Counted from the first letter of the stretch, positions 10,976 through 24,693 are shown. The stretch is DNA of 62,000 nucleotides from Wallemia ichthyophaga EXF-994 (GCF_000400465.1 NW_008806274.1:90244-152243), one strand, 5' to 3'. Notes: a model not told the origin generated them from the sequence alone. Translations and numbers: made by a program.

Positions 10976-12570
10976 ATGACAAAAGAATTGAATCCAAAGA
11001 CAAAGGAGTACAGCTTCTTTGGTCCGATTGGTACTGGCGCGATAACGATTCTCACGCCAGTTATCACCTACTTGCTCTACTACGCCTGTCCAAACTCGTA
11101 TGATGATGGTACGTGCAAGCTACTCCAGAAACCAGCGCTTGGTAGACTGGCTGGAAGCGATTTCTGGTATTCTCTCTTCACGCTTGAGGCTTTTGCTGTA
11201 TATCTCGCTTGGTACGCTTTCACTGTCTTCGCATGGGCTATTATACCTGCACAATGGGTACGCGGTACACAGCTGCGTGATGGATCGTACAAGTACTACA
11301 AGATGAATGCGCTAGCCACTCTTCTCATGGCTACTGGTTTGGCTGCTGGACAGATTCTGCGCGCAGGTCCAGAAGGATTCACGTATTTTGCCGATAATTG
11401 GATACCTCTGCTCACTGCATCCCTCGTCATGTCTATCGCTCAGTCTGTGTTCTGCTACGTGTCCTCCTTTACGCAAGGAAAACTACTTGCTTTGGGCGGC
11501 AACACGGGCAACTGTGTGCATGATGTGAGTGGGGATATTTGATTCTGAGGTAACCTGTGCTCACTAGCTATAGTTCTTCATCGGTCGCGAATTAAACCCT
11601 TCGATTGGATCATTCGATATCAAGACTTTCAACGAACTCAGACCAGGTCTTATCCTCTGGTGGATACTCGATATCTCTCTGGCATGCAGACAGTTGGCCA
11701 CCTTTGGCCAGCTGACCGACTCGATGATTCTTGTCGTCGCGTTCCACGGCTGGTATGTGTTTGATGCACTGTACAATGAGGTGTGTGCGATGTTTGTTAC
11801 TCAGTGCATCCACTCACAGCAACTCACACTCCGGACAGTCAATCATTCTCACCCAAATGGATATTGTTCATGACGGGTTTGGTTACATGTTGGGTGGGTA
11901 AAGTGCTTTGGTTGTATTTGACTCACTGACCACTTTTGTCTCAACAGCCTTCGGCGATCTCACCTGGGTGCCTTTCACATACTCCCTGCAAGCCCGCTTT
12001 CTTGCATACCATCCAAATATTTTAGGTCCATCTGGAAGTGCTGCAATTGCCGCTTTGCAGCTGTTAGGTTATTACATCTTCCGCACATCCAACGCCGAGA
12101 AGAACGAGTTCAGGAATGGCAAGAATCCAAAGAGTGAGTAGGGTGATTTGTTGGCTGTGTTTCTAATCACATAAAACGCACGATAGACCTCCAGTACATG
12201 CAAACCAAGAGGGGTACTAAGCTACTCACGTCTGGATGGTGGGGTACACTGAGACACCCCAACTACCTCGGTGAGTAGGGTGCGTAAATGACACTCCCAG
12301 TCCACTTACATCCTTCAAGGCGATCTCATAATGGCGTTGGCGTGGAGTCTCCCAACTGGTTCACTCACACCATTGACCTATTTCTACCCAGCTTACTTCA
12401 CCGTCTTGCTCATCCATAGAGCTCTTCGTGATGATGCACACTGTCGAGAGAAGTAGGTGGCGCACAGTGATTATAAGTGAGCCAGCTAATTTGGTTGTTC
12501 TAGGTATGGCGATGATTGGAATGCGTACGTTGAGAAAGTGCCGTACTGCATATTCCCGTATGTGTTCTGA
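10976..12570 (+). CDS. ERG24: Sterol C-14 reductase (ERG4/ERG24 family)
   Basis: Motifs [64 protein letters not shown] and [16 protein letters not shown]. Confidence 0.93.
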
Positions 12571-12666
12571 GATGACTTGAGAGTATTTGCAAGGGTTTTT
12601 TATATAAATATTATTATTTACATTTTTCAATCACCTATCACATATTGCGCGCCTGTCTTGTGTGCG

Positions 12667-13288
12667 ATGACAAAACGCGACATTGAAGCAACTCAACCGG
12701 ACGGAACGACAGAAAAAGAAAGCAAAATGACCAAAGCCACTCAAGTAACATCACTTCTCGTTAAAAAGCTCTGTCCACAAGCGCAGCTCCCAGCGCGAGG
12801 AAGTGCATATGCAGCTGGATATGATTTGTTCTCAGTCGAGAAGAAGGTAATTGGTGCTGGTGACAAAGCTCTGATTGATTTGGGTATTTCTATCTCAGTG
12901 CCTGCTGGTACATACGGTCGTGTTGCACCTCGTAGTGGATTAGCAGCTAAACATCACATTCATACTGGCGCTGGTGTCATCGATGCTGATTACCGCGGAC
13001 GAGTGTTTGTTTTGTTGTTCAACTTGTCACAGAAAGACTTTGAAAGTGGGTTGGTGTTGGCTTATGGCTGATGGCTGCTAGAAGCTAGCGTGACGCGTAA
13101 ACGCACCCTCTAACATACTCTCAACAGTCAATCAAGGCGATAGAGTTGCTCAGCTTATTCTCGAAAAGATCGAGACTTTCCCCGTAGAAGAGGTGGAGGA
13201 ATTGAGCGAGACTGTGCGCGGTGCAGGTGGATTTGGAAGTACGGGTGGATATGGTGAGGACAATGCACAAGAAAAAGCGCAAGGGTAG
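12667..13288 (+). CDS. DUT1: dUTP pyrophosphatase
   Basis: All dUTPase motifs present: [41 protein letters not shown]. One intron at about 13048-13127. Confidence 0.98.
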
Positions 13289-13352
13289 GCTGTGTTGTGT
13301 GTTGTAGCATCATTATACCATGCATAAGCATTGTGTAAAAATTACAGATAAA

Positions 13353-14503
13353 TTACTTGTCTACTTGCATATCGCCGTCTTCTTCATCCTGGTCATCACT
13401 CACCCACTCCTCACCTTCATCCTCCTCCTCATCTTCATCCGCATCCCCGAATGGCTTTGTTGGAATATTGGAGGATTTCAGCGTGGATAGCAGTTCAGTG
13501 ACATGCTCTAGCAGCGGCTGGTCGTCGTATTCTACCTCTAGATATATCTGCGTTATTTGTTTTTGTCAATGTGGGTGTGATTGTGCTATTCTTTACCCAC
13601 CTTGGCACAACTCTCTAAAGCGAATTTAGACTCGGGCCAAGCAACTTCTTTTGGTCTTGGTGGGGTGTTATTGCTGCCGATGCCATCTAATGGAGTGACA
13701 TTTCCATCGCCTTCGAGGAATAGTATCCAGCCAGCGATATACCACGTCTCAGGGTCATGGTCATCTACGGCGAGTGCGGTTTTTGCGATGTCGAGGGCAT
13801 TTGTGAGATCGCCAAGCTCAACAAACACCTTGGCTAACGACCGCATGGATTCGGTTGTAGGAAACATGCTATCTGAAATGGGAAGCTCTTTCCAGCAGTT
13901 GTAGGCATTGAGGGCGTGTTGAAGGGATTGTTGGGCTGGCTGCTGTGAGGATATGGAGTGTGAAGCGAGGTTTGTATGTATATCGCAGTCTGTGCTGTCT
14001 ATAGAGAGTGCCTGGTTGAGGTAATCGAAGCTGGCTTGTTGAGCGTCTGGAGAGAAGCATAAATCAGTCATGTACAGCTCTGCTAAACTGACGAGAGTTG
14101 CTGTCGCCTTTCTCTTGAGATCAGTGGTCTGTTCGCCGGCGTCACTCTGCTGTCGCTCAAGCAGTCCAAGTATACTCTCAAACGCACTACGGAAACACTC
14201 CAACGAATTCTCACCGCCGTCTGCCATTTGCCCAAGATATAATTTAGCATCGACTTCTCTCTCCAAATCACCACAATTGGCCAGCCTAAAGAAATCTTCG
14301 TAGGCTGCTTCTGGGTTGCCTAGTTCTAGATTACACAGTGAACGAAATTGTAAGCCATCTGCGTTATCTGCGTCTTTTTCGAGAATTTGTTCCGAGTGCT
14401 GAAGTGCCTGCTCATACTCCTGCTGCGAGATGTGTATTAATGTTTTCTGTAGTAATTCTGCGAGTATTTCTGATGGCTGCGACGTTGGCGCTGTGTCGGC
14501 CAT
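13353..14503 (-). CDS. ACL4: TPR protein, assembly chaperone of Rpl4-like, with acidic tail
   Basis: Motifs LYLGQMADGGENSL and LVSLAELYMTDLC, TPR helices, and a spliced acidic C-terminal exon ending at TAA 13353-13355. Confidence 0.75.
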
Positions 14504-14865
14504 TTTTGCTGCTGTTGGTGGAAGACGAGAGTGAGTAGAAATTGAAGGAAAATCATGTGATAATTGAAGTGGTCAGAGTGTGGCCGTGGAGCTGTCTGTT
14601 TAGACTTATTCAATGCTGAGATCGGCACACGCCTCCAAATACAATCAACAACATTCAGACGTCATCGCCACCGGACTGATAGCAACAGAGTTTATAATGT
14701 AATATAAGAATCCCATCACTGTAGCATATGGCGCTTTTAAAAGCCTTTTATCGGCCTAAAGCCGTTCGGTTAGCATCCGGCACATGATATCGGGGAATGT
14801 GTCTAGAGTATTGCGTGCTGCGTCTTTCCAAACAACAGCCAGCATCTATAAACTAGTTGAACACT

Positions 14866-15734
14866 ATGGAACACTGCTGCAAATACATCGCAAGCTTCTC
14901 CTCCCAAGCACCAAAAGGGATCGAATCTACCATCGCCGAGCATAAGGTGTACATAACATCCCCAGATCACTCACAGAACGATATCGTAGTTGTAATCATC
15001 CCTGATATTTTTGTAGGTGGTTGCTAGCTGCAGGGAATCCCTTTGACACTCCCACTCCGACTGCCAGGGATGGTCACTCACAAACACCCGCGTTCTCGCT
15101 GACGCTTACGCTGCACAAGCAGGCGTGCGTGTATACGTCCCAGACTTCTACGCCGGCGACCATGCACCATTCGACAAGACCGCACTGAAGAATTTGTGGG
15201 TGAGACACATTCTCATGCGCAAAAAATACTCAGACAAACTCCCCTTACAGCGACCTCAATCAGTTCATCAGCAAGCACCCCCCACGCGAGAAGCGCGACG
15301 AGGTGGAGCACGTAGCTAAAGCCATCAAAGAGTCCTCGAAAGCACACCGCTTGGCAGCTATCGGGTTCTGCTGGGGTGCCCCCTCTGCCCTCTACATGGG
15401 TCGTCAAGGAGGAGTGGCTGATGGCGTGTCTTTCGCCCACCCTTCGCTCGTTCAAGATGATGATTTTAGCGCTCTCGCCAAGCCTGCCATGTTCATCTGC
15501 GCGGAGCATGACCCCATTTTCACAAAGGAGATGGAAAACAAGGCGAGAAGTATCATGGCAGACAAGGCAAATACACAGGGTGATAACAGAGTTTACTCCA
15601 CTTGGCACACCTTCCTCGGTACTCAGCACCACTTTGCCACTCGTGGCGATGAAGACGATCCTTACACCGCTCGCGCTATGAAAGACGCCCAATGCCTCGC
15701 TAGCAACTTCTTCAAGAGCTTTCGCGGGGATTAG
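14866..15734 (+). CDS. Dienelactone hydrolase family protein (AIM2-like), copy 1
   Basis: MEHCCK..., nucleophile motif GFCWG, AHPS, AEHDPIF, QHHFATRGD. Two introns. Confidence 0.92.
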
Positions 15735-16017
15735 CGGGGTGTTTTGATGAGACTACATCAATGAAACAATATGAATGAAGAATTAACAAGAAATAAATAA
15801 ATCAACGACCACATAGTCATTCAAATGTATCAATCTAAGATAACTAAAATTTTCTTTGTCTCGGGTGTTAGAAAGTCACATTCATCAGCTTAAATATCCA
15901 CGCATACATTCGCAGCCGAGACAGCCGACACACGGGACAATTGAGACTAACTCAAAATGACGTAGTGATTACCTAATCGCGGTTACCTTACAACGACCAA
16001 CATCAAAATCAATCAAA

Positions 16018-16825
16018 ATGGGAGACTGCTGCAAATACATCGGATCATTTTCCAAAGGCACGCCTAAGGGTATCGAGTCCACGATCGGCGGCTTGAAGAC
16101 TTATATCGCTTCACCAAGCCACGAGCAAGGCGATGTAGCTGTGCTGATGATTAGTGACATCTACGGCTGGGAGTTTGTGAACTCGCGTGTACTCGCCGAC
16201 ACATATGCCCAAGAATCGGGTGCGCGTGTTTATCTCCCCGATTTCCTGGACGGTGAATATGCACCAACGAGCGAAGACGGCAAGAAGAATTTGTGGGTGT
16301 AGCGTGCTTCACTCTAAGCAGATGATCTAACCAGCCTCACAATTACACAGCGATCTCGGTGCATTCATCGGCCGCCACCACCCACGTCAGCAGAAGGAGA
16401 AGGCGGAGCGTGTTGCACGCGATATTAAGGCGACGAGCAAGGCGAGAGTGTTGGTTGCAGGTGGTTATTGCTGGGGCGCACCAGCTGCCCTCTCTCTCTG
16501 CCAGAAGGATGGCGTGGCAGACGCTCTCCTCCTCGCTCACCCTACTCTCACTGAAGATGAGGACTTCGAAAACCTCACCAAGCCTGCTATGTTCATTTGC
16601 GCTGAACACGATCCTATATTTACCCCAGAGAAGGAGGACGCTGCGAGAAAGATCACCGCGAAGAAGGCTAATGCTAACGGCGACGACAGAGTTTACTCCA
16701 CTTGGCTCTCTTTCTTAGGAACCGGTCACGGCTTTAGCGTTAGAGGCGATGAGAACGACCCCTTCACTGCGAGAGCGATGCGTGATGCTCAGAAATTAGC
16801 TTGTAGTTTTTTCAAGACGATCTGA
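16018..16825 (+). CDS. Dienelactone hydrolase family protein (AIM2-like), copy 2
   Basis: MGDCCK..., SDIYGW, GYCWG, AHPT, AEHDPIF, GHGFSVRGD. One intron, at the same position as intron 2 of copy 1. Confidence 0.92.
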
Positions 16826-16920
16826 ATGTGAATATAAATGAATAGATTGCTTTTTACGTAGTAGAGCAGACATAGTAAAAGCATGTAATCATTGATAAGT
16901 ATTATGTCAAAGATGAAACA

Positions 16921-18666
16921 TCAGACCGATTTAGTCAACACCAGCCTGCGTGTCCTTCCAAGCCATTCAATCTACAATGTGTTAGCTAATTCACCCACTA
17001 AACACCCTCACTCACATCCGAAACACGGTTCATAGTCGCCTCCAAATCCTTATCAAAGTTTGGTAAGCTGACAAATTCCCTTGCAGCCGTAAGTAATACG
17101 TGTGAATCCATCCTGACGTTGTGGTTCACCTAGTAGTAGTGTGTCAGAGAGGTTAAGTAAAACATCCAGACATACATCCATGCTGAGTATATTCAATCTA
17201 TCAAGTGGTTCGAGGAAATCAGTGCGCGTCATGAGTTGGCGTGCTTTATAGAAGCTGACGTGAGGGCTTGCCGCGGGATCCATGTTGTCTGGTACAGTGC
17301 TCTCGTCATCCTCATCTTCACTCCCCACCGTTTTCTGCCTCGCCAAATAAGCCAACAGAGCCCAGCTGCAGCTCGACCACTTCTGCTCATCCATCACGTC
17401 ATCATCCATATCTGGAATCAAGCCAATCTGCGATAACAGCCACGCTTTCTCAGTCTGGATGAGCTGGCGAGCAGCGCCGAGAATATCCACCTCGCGGGAA
17501 ATATGGGAGATATGAGACATGCGTCCTCCTATAAGACTGTACACCTGCTCATACACGTCATCGGTGAGATCTGGCAGGCTGCGAACGAGTTTAGTGTCAA
17601 TGTTGTAGTTGTATGCTGTCTTGCGCATGCGACGCATAGCGCGAATGGCATCGTCGCGCTGCAAATCGTGCACAGAGAGTATTTTCATCCGGTTAGCGTT
17701 CTTCTTGAGCTTGTCGAGCACCCAGTAGTCATCACTCGTGAAAACAAAGGTAGCTATGCCGCTCTCGGCCCACGATTCAGCGCGTTGTTGAAGCTGGTGT
17801 ATCACTCCCACGCCCGTCTCGTCATTCTGAAGGAGATGGAGGTTGTTAAAGATGAAAACTATCGGTTTGCCGTGTTTTGAGCGGATTCGCATCGCTACCT
17901 TTTCGAGTTTGGACAGAGCACGCTCTATGTCGAGTAGAGGACCAGCGTCACGAGGCTCGCGGCGCTGGAAAAGCGCGCCGTAGAAGTCCTCAAGGAATTC
18001 GTAATTCAGCGCTTTGCCTACGCGTAGACGAAACACTTCTAAATCAGGGTGTGTTTCGCAATACGCGATACGATCGCTATTTGTCTCGAACATTGAATCT
18101 AAAATCATTGTAGCCTTGCCTGTACCCTTAGGACCGAGGAGGAGATAATACTTGCCCGGTGCACTACCCTCGATGATAGTCTTGATTATGGGTTTCTCGG
18201 GTCTATTAATGTGTATTGCATCGTCTGATAACCCACTCTCATCTGACATCTTGGCTAGCTCCGTCGCTGGATCGTAGCCAGGCGCGAATGCATCTTCCAT
18301 TTTGTTGAGTACACTCCACTTGTACCACATTAAGTATACACCACCTGAGGCAAATATTACTGATAGCCCTAAAATCGTTGAGAGTACAGCTGCGAATGCT
18401 GGATTGCTGCTGAGTACATCTGCTAAAGACTTTTCCGAAGTTTCGCCCGATTTCTTTGAAGAATTATCCCCTTTAACCTCTACCTCACTCACGCCTGTCA
18501 CCTCCGGACCTGGTGAGGGCTGTTGGTTGAATGGGTTTTCGCGGCGTAGGGGAGTATGTGAGAATGTGCGTGTAGACATGCGTGTAGAAGTGCGTGATTG
18601 TCGAGAAATAGAGATTGATTTACATCCGCGGATGAATTGGCTTGAAAAATTGAATCTTGTCAACAT
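16921..18666 (-). CDS. Conserved fungal P-loop (AAA-like) membrane-anchored protein, probably mitochondrial
   Basis: Presequence-like R/S-rich N-terminus, one TM helix, Walker A GPKGTGKA. Two 3' introns lead to TGA at 16921-16923. Confidence 0.8.
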
Positions 18667-18778
18667 GATGAACGTGCAGATCAGATAAAGAAAGAAAGAC
18701 AAAGTAAAACGTGGAAAACAAAGATGAAAATAATATTAAAGAGTGCAAAATAAAATATAAATATATTAATTGGCTGTT

Positions 18779-19635
18779 TTACGCGTTATCCTGCACATCT
18801 GCCAGCCTTTGTTTGATGATCTCTCTGAGTTTGACACCTTCCGACTTTTTCAAACCGTGGCCAGCTTTAATACCCTTTGCAGCTTTAAATAGACCCTTGG
18901 GATGGCTGTTGTTGTTGTTGCCGCTATCGCCACCCTTATCTTCCTTATAAATGGCGTCACCAAGCGTGTCTAGTTGCTGGGCTAGCTCGCGAGATTCTTC
19001 GGGGAGGTGGATATAAAACTCAGCTCGTTTAATTAGATACTCCTCGAACATATTTGCATTTCGACTGTTCGCCTTCCAAGCAGCAAGAACAACGTCACCT
19101 GCGAGTGGAACCAAACCAAAAGCCACAGATACGATATTGTTAAACCAAGCATGATTTATAATACCAGCAGGTAGATCAAGGTTTTTTTCAGCTACTCGGA
19201 GCACTAAAAAGTAGTTAAGGAGAGCGTCCTGTAGGTTGAGGTGTGAGTAATGACGTCATATAAGGATAAGTGGTGTGTTCGCTGTGCTGGATGTGCTGTA
19301 AAGCAGAAAACACGCTCAACACACTCGAAAATTTCAGAACCCACCAGAACATCACCAAATCCAGGAATGAGACCGAAAATAAAAGTGTATCCGAATTGTA
19401 AACCACACAAATTGAATCCCTTATCGAGGCGATAAGCTCTCTTTCTAATTTTGGCAAGAGTGGCTTGGTCTTTCTTCGATAAGCCGAGAGGGATTTCCCG
19501 CTTCTTGGTCTGTGCGTTGCCGCTGTCATCCGTGTACTCCTCGTATAGCGGATTCCTAGGCCCCAAAGCCGCAACCTTATCGAAAACGTACTTTCCAGTG
19601 ACCTCGGCAACAACCTTTTTAACAATTGCAGACAT
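18779..19635 (-). CDS. DUF4112 family protein
   Basis: Motifs KRAYRLDKGFNLCGLQFG, GLIPGFGD and GLVPLAGDVVLAAWKANSRNA. One intron. Confidence 0.88.
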
Positions 19636-19710
19636 TTGAATAAATTTGAGCTTATTTGGCCGTGATAGGAGTGGACCAACGAATAAAGACATCTTCTCTC
19701 CGCTGACATC

Positions 19711-20293
19711 ATGAGCGAGTCGATAAATATAAATATTCCAGAGCGTGGCAGGCAGCGTAGCAGCAGCGAGAGTGAGGCGGGTAGCAGCAACAGCTACAGC
19801 GCCAGCAACAGCAACAGCCACAGCACCAGCGTCAAGGCAGCATTACCCACAAGATCACCATTCAGTGCGCAGCCATTCAGGGAGTCAGCCACACATCAAA
19901 CATCCCCAACATCCCCAAAATCTACACCACCGCAGGCTCTGGCTATCCCACCGCCCAGGAGATTGTCTGGTAGCTTCGAGTTTAGTGGACAGCCATCGCC
20001 AGCAGCGAGCACAGGAAACACCAATGCAGCTGGAATATCGAACATGTTTAGACGCTTCTCATTTAAGGTGTGTCCTAGGATTATTACTGGTTTTTTTAAC
20101 GCGTTTATAGGGTACAAATCAGCCAGTAGCGAATAATACACTGAACACCATCCCCGCAAAACAGCCACTGCAGACGGAGATAACACCCACTCGCCCGCAA
20201 TCTCATAACAGAAGAAAGTCGGAGCAGAAGAGACCCGTATCTCCAATGGGTGAGCGTATCCTCCGCGGCAGCTTCGACGGCTCTGGATTTTGA
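19711..20293 (+). CDS. Ser-rich disordered hypothetical protein ending in RPVSPMGERILRGSFDG
   Basis: Exon 1 ends at ...MFRRFSFK. Intron about 20068-20110. Exon 2 is open to TGA at 20291-20293. Confidence 0.7.
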
Positions 20294-20457
20294 CGAGATG
20301 ACAACGGAAACGACATCAAAGATAACGACGACATTAACGATAACAATAACGTACTCCATTTCTCCAAATACCCCTTGTATCTCTTGAGATGTCTTTACAT
20401 CTCCCATTTCTTCTTGCATCCTAACCACCATCATCTTGTGTTGATCGTTTGCCCAAT

Positions 20458-23244
20458 ATGTCCCACAGGCGTGGCCATCTCTCACGCAAGATCCCAAACG
20501 TGAAACTCAAGCCACGGCCCGCTGTGAGCCTCAAGGATAGCCAGGCAGTTGTAGATGATGATCTACGCGATGAGGACGACGCGCAGCACACCTATCCAAC
20601 TCCTGCCTCAGAAAAGCCGCTCACCAACTTTGTATTCTGCTCCACTGGAATTCTCAATCGCAGCGAACTCCAAAAGAAAGTAATCGAAATGGGCGCGTCG
20701 TTTGAGTCCTCGTTTACAGACAACGTCACTCATCTGATAGCAATCGATTTCGGCAGTCCCAAGTACAACTGCGCAGTGAGGCTCGGTGCTGTCGTGATAA
20801 CACCGGCATTCATCGACCAATGCTATCTGGAATGGCTAGACGGTGAGAATGTCGACACACGTTCTCTTGCCCAGAAACACGCTCTCAAACCATTCGCCAA
20901 CCTCACCGTATCTATGAGTGGTATCGGTGCTGGTCCCACTCGCCAACAGTTCGAGCGGTCGCTCATCAGCAACGGCGCAAATGTCTCGCGTGACCTCCAC
21001 AAACAATGCACACACCTTGTCACTGAAAATACTACCTCTGCTAAAGTGAAATGGGCCAAGAATTACAACGCGGCTAATGCAAATACGCATAATATTCATA
21101 TCGTTTGGACTGAGTGGATTTCTGCTTGTCAAAATATCAACGGGAGGCTGCCAGAAAGTGATTTTTCGGTTGATGGACAGAGACCGAATGCAGACGCATT
21201 CAGACTATCGCAAATACCTCAGCCACTCCTTCCTCACGACACACACGTCGCTAAGAAACGCAGCTTCGTCGAACAGCCCGGCAACGAGGATCTCGAGAGG
21301 GCCGTTGTAAAGAAGAGTCGCGTAGCGAAAGAGTCGCTTGTCGAGGGTATTCTATCCCAAGCGACGCGCGAGAATGAGGTCGATAAAAGCGTCAATGACG
21401 CTCCTCCTCCTGTCAAAGGTGCTCATGAGATACAGAGAGTACCGACAGCACAATCTGCTTCATTCCTCACCAACTCGCGTTCATTCAATGCCCCACAAAG
21501 CTCTTCCACTCACACACACTCCCACCAACCAGCCTCATCAGCTGAGCAGAAGAAAGTTTTTACCAACTACACATTCTCCCATCGCGGATTCGAAAAAAGC
21601 AAGTCACACAGACTGGACCTGGAGCTAGAGAAGTATGGGGCGAGTGTAACGAACAGTGTCAATCTCGCCGACCTCACCATAGTACCATTCAACAGCGGCA
21701 CGACGTTTACGGCGCAGATGTCTTCACTCGCCGTAACGGAGTGTTGGGTGGAGCGATGCATGTATGAGGGTGTAATAGTACCCTACAACCGCAACCCTCT
21801 CTACCGACCCATAGATATGCCAGTAATAGCGCGTAAGTGGGGCTAACAAATCTAAGGAGCTTCCTACTAATAGCACTCAAAGCCGATTTAGCTTCCTCCA
21901 TCTGCCTCACATTTAGTGGACTAGATGAATGCGAGCGCACGCACGTCGTTCGTCTCTTCAAGTCGTTGGGTGGGTGTGGGTTTTTTTGCGATATACACAC
22001 TACTGACTCGCTACGTCTATCTAGGCATCCATACTAGGACTAGCTACCCGCGCGAAGTCACCCACCTTGTCTCCGTCATTCCGCCGCGCGGTAAGAGGTA
22101 CGATCGCGCCGTCGAGTGGCGCAACCCTGTCATCGACGTGCGCTGGGTGTGGGAAATGGCTTCGAGTGGACACATGCCACCCCTCGCAGACTTTACGTGG
22201 GGGAAAGGCGAAAGGAGTGTTGCGGGTGAGAATAAGAAGGCAGAGGAGACTAACTTCCTTGCATCTGATGATGAGGATAGTGATGCCAAGATGAATGTTG
22301 GTGGGAATATTGGTTCTAATGACAGTGCAAATGTTAGTAATTTCAGTGGTCCACCGCCGAAGCAGATGGAGATGGAGATGGAGATGGAGGATAAGCAGCA
22401 ACAGCAACAGTCGCAGCCAAAACCACACCACTCACAACACTCACCCTCCTCACATACCAACATCCCACTGCGCAAAACTCACTCGACAAATCCGTTCAAA
22501 ATACGTGACAGCGGCGCTGGTCTCCACGACAGCATCCTCCAGCTGCTCAAACAGGAAGGCGAGAAGATCTACCCAGCTCTTGGCAAGACGAAGAAGCGGC
22601 CACGACTAAAACGTACCTCGACGGGTGACTCACGCGGGGGAAGTGAGACGCCAGCGCCTGTGGAGCAGCAGACGGATGAAGCGGGTAGTAGTAATAGTAG
22701 CAGGAGGGGTGGGGATATGGGCGATCATCAGAATTCAACTGTAGTCGCTAAACCAAAGCCAAAATCAACAACGTTGACATCCTCCCCTCTTTCCAGCCCC
22801 TCACCCCCACCATCCCTGTCGCAGCCACCGACACAGTCTCAGTCTCAGTCGAACGGAGTCGTCAACGAGTCGCTGCGCATTATGTACGATGATCCCAAGG
22901 CACGCAATGAGCGCAAACGCATTCTTCAGGCTCTCACCAATACAAACAGCAGCGATCCCCATAGTAGCAACAGTAATGGAAAGAGTAATAGCAATGGCAT
23001 TAGCAGCGGTGGTAATGGAAACGGTGTTGAGGGCATCAACAGCCAAAGTAACAGCCAAAGCCACCCTAATGTCATCACAGGCGTGAGCAGGAGTGACGAG
23101 AACGAGGGCGACGTCATGTACAGATTTGCTAGAGAAGACTTCGAGAAACCAATTGCGGAAACTAGACCAAGAAGGGGCGCTGCGAAAGAGGGTATCGATA
23201 AAATTAATCAGCAATATGACCCCACGCAGCTGGATGAGTTTTGA
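20458..23244 (+). CDS. DPB11: Four-BRCT replication/checkpoint scaffold (Dpb11/Rad4-Cut5/TopBP1-like)
   Basis: Four BRCT repeats (VTHLIA, CTHLV, VTECWVERC, VTHLV...VRWVWE) followed by a disordered tail. Two introns. Confidence 0.82.
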
Positions 23245-23532
23245 GGAGCGTTTTAAAAGACGTTTGAGAGAGTTAAATGGCATTCTTTTGCATCTACCAC
23301 AATATTAAGCTAAGATCCAAATAATCCGAGCACTATTTATCATTTGTTGTAATTCATATATGCATCCCTCTATCATCTCACCGATTATTACGCCAAGTTA
23401 CATTTTCCTTATGCGCTCGCAGATCTGAAAATTTTATTGTTTCGGCTGCGTAACGGATGCGTATGCAATGTGTGGATAAGTCACAGCTCGCTTATCTACT
23501 CCACTTTTGCATAACCTCGCACCCTCGCACCC

Positions 23533-24147
23533 ATGATTATCAATCCAAGACAGCATCTCCACCTGCATCGCATGGACGAGCAGAATGAGCACTTTGCCGT
23601 CCACACCCACCTCACGACGCTGATGCAGTGCTGGGAATGGCAAGCAGACTCCAAAGTGAAAGAAGAGGTTCAGAACATGAGGCTCAGGTTGGCGATAGTA
23701 AACCATAGGGCACAGCGTCACATTGCGAGCCACTCCTTGTTCTTCTCAAAGTGGAAACGTCTCGGTATTTGCTGCAACCTGCGCAAGAAATTGGTTGAAC
23801 TCTTCCAGATGACTTCGTGGATTAACAGGACGAAATTCGAAAATCTCATCCGTCTCCTCGCTGAACGTCTCGTCACCGATTATTGCAGACGCCATTTTAG
23901 ATATATGCCACACGCTCACCACTGCAATCTTATGCAAAAAGCTACCATGAAATCCCTCCTTCTGCGAGCTAAGCAGATAGCAAAAAGAAAATCGCGCGCT
24001 AGAGACCCGAGGTTGGAACTTAAAAAAGGAACCAAGATCAAGGGCGCTCTGATGAGGTCTATTATGTTTAAAAATGTTCCTCAGTACTTTGCCGCCGTTG
24101 GTAGCGCAGCTCCCATCATCCGCATTACAGGCCAGATCCCTTTTTAG
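23533..24147 (+). CDS. Hypothetical basic protein, no recognisable family
   Basis: 204-codon ATG-started ORF of normal complexity. It fills the gap and ends 55 bp from the convergent sHSP stop. Confidence 0.45.
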   Translation: MIINPRQHLHLHRMDEQNEHFAVHTHLTTLMQCWEWQADSKVKEEVQNMRLRLAIVNHRAQRHIASHSLFFSKWKRLGICCNLRKKLVELFQMTSWINRTKFENLIRLLAERLVTDYCRRHFRYMPHAHHCNLMQKATMKSLLLRAKQIAKRKSRARDPRLELKKGTKIKGALMRSIMFKNVPQYFAAVGSAAPIIRITGQIPF

Positions 24148-24202
24148 ACGTTCTAATGAGCATTATATTGTGTGTTTTTGCATATGTATTGTACACCTCT
24201 TT

Positions 24203-24693
24203 CTAATGTATTGTTATCCTCTTTGGCTCGGATTCTGGTGGGTGTCTTGAATATCTGAGCGTAAGCAGCCCATTCTCGTACGCAGCGTGGATATTATCTT
24301 CTGTAATGTGCTCGGGTAGCTTCCACGTCCTGCTCAGTGGTGTAGAAGGGCTGCGTTCGTTGATGACGCAATGTGACTTCTCGGACTTGTTTTCCTCGGA
24401 CTTCTGCTCTACTGGTTTGGTAGCTTTTACTGTAATGCCGTGGTCGTGGATCGATATGTCAACCTCCTCCTTCTTGCACCCAGCTAGATCGACTCTCGCT
24501 TCGTATGAGTTGCCGTATTGGATCAAATCGAGTCTTCGTATAGCATGTCAGCAGAGATACAACCCGTACAGACTACCACTTACCTCGCTCTAGATGTAGA
24601 AGGAGTGCTGTTACGCTTCACTGGCGCATTCTCAGTAAAAAAGAAGTCAAGTGGGAAATTGCGTTCGCTTGGTTGATTGTAAAATATGGTCAT
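24203..24693 (-). CDS. Small heat shock protein (Hsp20/alpha-crystallin domain)
   Basis: Motifs DLAGCKKEEVDISI, SRTWKLP and IHAAYENGLLTL. One intron after MTIFYN...SRAR. Confidence 0.93.
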
